A stretch of DNA of 64,000 nucleotides, taken from Bacteroidota bacterium (GTDB lineage: Bacteria; Bacteroidota; Bacteroidia; Flavobacteriales; Flavobacteriaceae). Below, piece after piece: positions 61,456 to 64,000 of the stretch. Under the pieces are notes generated by a model. That model saw only the letters and a list, made by a program, of their open reading frames with translations, made no database searches and had not been told where the DNA came from. The stretch covers positions 12,974 to 76,973 of the forward strand of contig JBHOTE010000001.1 in NCBI GenBank assembly GCA_042584125.1, given 5' to 3'. Each line of letters opens with the position of its first letter. Position 1 is the stretch's first letter. The position numbers and the translations under genes were made by a program.

Positions 61456-62064
61456 ATGGCTTTTGAATTACCAGAATTATCATACGCATACGATGCGTTA
61501 GAACCAAATATTGATGCTAGAACTATGGAAATTCACCATAGCAAACACCATCAAGGATATACAAACAATTTAAATGCTGCTATTGCTGGATCTGATTTAG
61601 AAGGAAAATCTATTGAAGCTATTCTTGCTGACTTAGACATGAGCAACGGTGCAGTAAGAAATAACGGAGGTGGATTTTACAACCACAGATTGTTTTGGGA
61701 AGTACTTTCTCCGAATGGTGGAGGAGAACCTACTGGAGAATTAGCGGAAGCTATTAATGCTGCTTTTGGTTCTTTTGAAGATTTTAAAACTGCTTTTTCT
61801 AAAGCGGCTGCTACACAATTTGGTTCAGGATGGGCTTGGTTGTGTGTTGCAAAAGGAGGTGCTGTAGATGTTTGTTCTACACCAAACCAAGACAACCCAT
61901 TAATGCCAGGCGTAGCTTGTGGTAACCAACCAATTTTAGGATTGGATGTTTGGGAACATGCTTACTACTTAAACTACCAAAACAGAAGACCAGATTATAT
62001 CAATGCGTTTTTTAACGTAATTAACTGGGCTGAAGTTTCTGCTAAATACGCAGCTAACAAATAA
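61456..62064 (+). CDS. Fe/Mn superoxide dismutase
   Basis: [28 protein letters not shown] motifs. Confidence 0.96.
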   Translation: MAFELPELSYAYDALEPNIDARTMEIHHSKHHQGYTNNLNAAIAGSDLEGKSIEAILADLDMSNGAVRNNGGGFYNHRLFWEVLSPNGGGEPTGELAEAINAAFGSFEDFKTAFSKAAATQFGSGWAWLCVAKGGAVDVCSTPNQDNPLMPGVACGNQPILGLDVWEHAYYLNYQNRRPDYINAFFNVINWAEVSAKYAANK

Positions 62065-62083
62065 TAATTTGTTTTTCAAACTT

Positions 62084-62119
62084 AAAAAACCTCCAAAATT
62101 TAATTTTGGAGGTTTTTTT
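62084..62119. terminator. Bidirectional terminator between sod and purF
   Basis: AAAAAACCTCCAAAAT-N-ATTTTGGAGGTTTTTT. Confidence 0.85.
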
Positions 62120-62213
62120 ATGCATTCGAAATATTCTTTATAGTGAAATAAGACACAAAAATACCTTGCCATAAATGACAAGGTATTTAAATTATTTATA
62201 TCGGAACTTAATT

Positions 62214-64000
62214 CTAGTAAGCTCTTTTATTTTTTCCTTCGTAGAAGTTAATGAAAGCTTCATTCACGACTCTTTTTCCTCCATTTGTAGGATAATTACC
62301 TGTAAAATACCAGTCACCTAAATGATCTGGACAAGCCTCATGTAATCCTTCAATTGTTTGAAAAATTACTTGAACATCTGCTTTTATCTCAGAAGTTTTC
62401 AACATCTCTGCAATTTTATCTGAAATTTGAACCGCCGTAAAAGGTGCATAAATTTCTTTTACAAAATTTTCAATTCCAGCATCTTCTCTAATTCTTTGTT
62501 TCAAACATTTTGTGTAAACGTCATTCACAATATGGTATTGATCTGTATCTTTTAATAATTCTAAAGCAGCTCTAAACGCAATAAAATCGCCAATTTTTGC
62601 CATATCAATTCCGTAACAATCTGGATAACGAATTTGAGGAGCTGAAGAAACAATTACAATTTTCTTAGGTTGTAATCTGTCTAAAATTTTAATAATACTT
62701 TTCTTCAAAGTAGTACCTCTTACAATACTATCATCAATAATTACCAAATTATCATTTGGTTTTACCACACCGTATGTAATATCGTATACGTGCTCAACTA
62801 AATCATCACGGCTATTATCATCAGCAATAAATGTTCTAAGTTTTACGTCTTTAACAGCAATTTTTTCAATACGAGGTCTTTCTGATAAAATGACATTTAA
62901 TTCTTCTGCAGAAATATTTCTCTTCCCTTTTAATATTTTTCCTAATTTTTGTTGATTTAAGAAATCTTCTGCTGCTTCACTCATTCCATAAAATGAAGTT
63001 TCTGCTGTATTAGGTATATAAGAAAAAACGGTATTGGAAATATCGCTGTCAATTTTCTTTAAAATCTCAGGAAAAACGGTTTTTCCCAACATTTTTCTTT
63101 CTTTATAAATATCCGCATCTGACCCTCTAGAAAAATATATTCTTTCAAAAGAACAAGATTTTTTTGGCAATTGATCTAATACTGGTTTTACAGAAATATC
63201 TCCAGATTTTTTAGCAATTAGTGCATGTCCTGGCTCCAATTCTTTTACCGATTCTAAAGGAACATTAAATACTGTTTGTATTACTGGTCTTTCTGAAGCG
63301 ACTACTAAAACCTCATCATCTTGATAATAAAAAGTTGGTCTAATTCCGGCAGGGTCTCTTAAAACAAAAGAATCTCCATGCCCTAACAAGCCAGCCATTG
63401 CATAACCACCATCAAAGCTTTTTGCTGCTCTTTTTAAAATTTTCTGAATATCTACTCTTTCTGCAATTAAAGGAGAAGCCTCTTTTTTACTAACATTAGA
63501 TTTTAAATCTTGATATAAACCTTCTACTTGATCATCTAAAAAATGACCTATTTTTTCCATTACCGTAACGGTATCTGTACTTTCCTTTGGGTGTTGCCCT
63601 AGTTCAATTAATTCTTCTAATAATTGTGAAGAATTAGTCATATTAAAATTTCCTGCAACAATTAAATTTTTATGTCTCCAGTTACTTTGACGTAAAAAAG
63701 GATGCACATTTTCAATACTATTTCCTCCTGAAGTTCCATAACGAACATGCCCTAAAAACAAGTTTCCGATGTATGGAAGGTTTTCTTCTTGCCAAGCTAC
63801 ATCCTCTTTTTTATCAGGATTTTCTCTTAAGCCTTGACTTAAACGCTCGTTAATTTGAGCAAAAATATCTTGAATTGGTTGTGATTGGTTAGAACGAACC
63901 CTACTAATATATCGAGATCCTGGACTAGCATTAAATTTTACACTTGCAAAACCGGCACCATCTTGTCCACGATTGTGTTGCTTTTCCATTAACAAATACA
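62214..64000 (-). CDS. purF: Amidophosphoribosyltransferase (5'-truncated by the window)
   Basis: HNRGQDGAG, GHVRYGT, CSFERIYFSR, IIDDSIVRGTT (PRPP loop), YGIDM motifs. Confidence 0.92.
   Translation of the reverse strand, partial: YLLMEKQHNRGQDGAGFASVKFNASPGSRYISRVRSNQSQPIQDIFAQINERLSQGLRENPDKKEDVAWQEENLPYIGNLFLGHVRYGTSGGNSIENVHPFLRQSNWRHKNLIVAGNFNMTNSSQLLEELIELGQHPKESTDTVTVMEKIGHFLDDQVEGLYQDLKSNVSKKEASPLIAERVDIQKILKRAAKSFDGGYAMAGLLGHGDSFVLRDPAGIRPTFYYQDDEVLVVASERPVIQTVFNVPLESVKELEPGHALIAKKSGDISVKPVLDQLPKKSCSFERIYFSRGSDADIYKERKMLGKTVFPEILKKIDSDISNTVFSYIPNTAETSFYGMSEAAEDFLNQQKLGKILKGKRNISAEELNVILSERPRIEKIAVKDVKLRTFIADDNSRDDLVEHVYDITYGVVKPNDNLVIIDDSIVRGTTLKKSIIKILDRLQPKKIVIVSSAPQIRYPDCYGIDMAKIGDFIAFRAALELLKDTDQYHIVNDVYTKCLKQRIREDAGIENFVKEIYAPFTAVQISDKIAEMLKTSEIKADVQVIFQTIEGLHEACPDHLGDWYFTGNYPTNGGKRVVNEAFINFYEGKNKRAY

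Noticed and set aside
1548-62181. Numerous 60-160 aa ORFs antisense to or nested in long genes
   Set aside because: They fully overlap well-supported genes and have no motifs; expected shadow ORFs.
1-64000. CRISPR array, rRNA, IS elements, defence systems
   Set aside because: No regularly spaced repeats, rRNA-like sequence, transposase or recognisable defence genes were seen.

Overview
AT-rich window from a Bacteroidota genome, most likely Flavobacteriaceae (inferred from gldH, TAnnTTTG -7 promoter elements and typical gene content). Most of it is housekeeping: tatD, ogt, folB, glnS, xth, PBP1A, gldH, mutS, tatA, panB, cysK, sod, purF and tRNA-Cys. Two accessory modules stand out. (1) 11.2-16.1 kb: a four-gene glucosylglycerate synthesis/recycling operon just downstream of tRNA-Cys, bracketed by two related hairpins. 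(2) 34.2-40.4 kb: a seven-gene sulfur operon with psrABC-like molybdoenzyme genes, a split YeeE/YedE pair, and two membrane-anchored rhodanese-fold proteins. Both rhodanese-fold proteins lack the catalytic Cys. Both end in an identical 18-aa arm, KKIITVRKKKKSAPEGGC, whose terminal Cys is the only Cys in each protein, reminiscent of the SoxY swinging arm. A palindromic operator (ACA-AA-TGT core) sits 36.5 bp from the -7 promoter element both here and upstream of a second, separate rhodanese operon at 48.8-49.7 kb, which suggests a sulfur regulon. This module is the best candidate for an undescribed system. Smaller oddities: a trhO/U32/ferredoxin operon, a DsbA/FrnE gene broken by a single in-frame TAG, and a dehydrogenase-VOC fusion. 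All calls come from motif recognition by eye; no database search was run.
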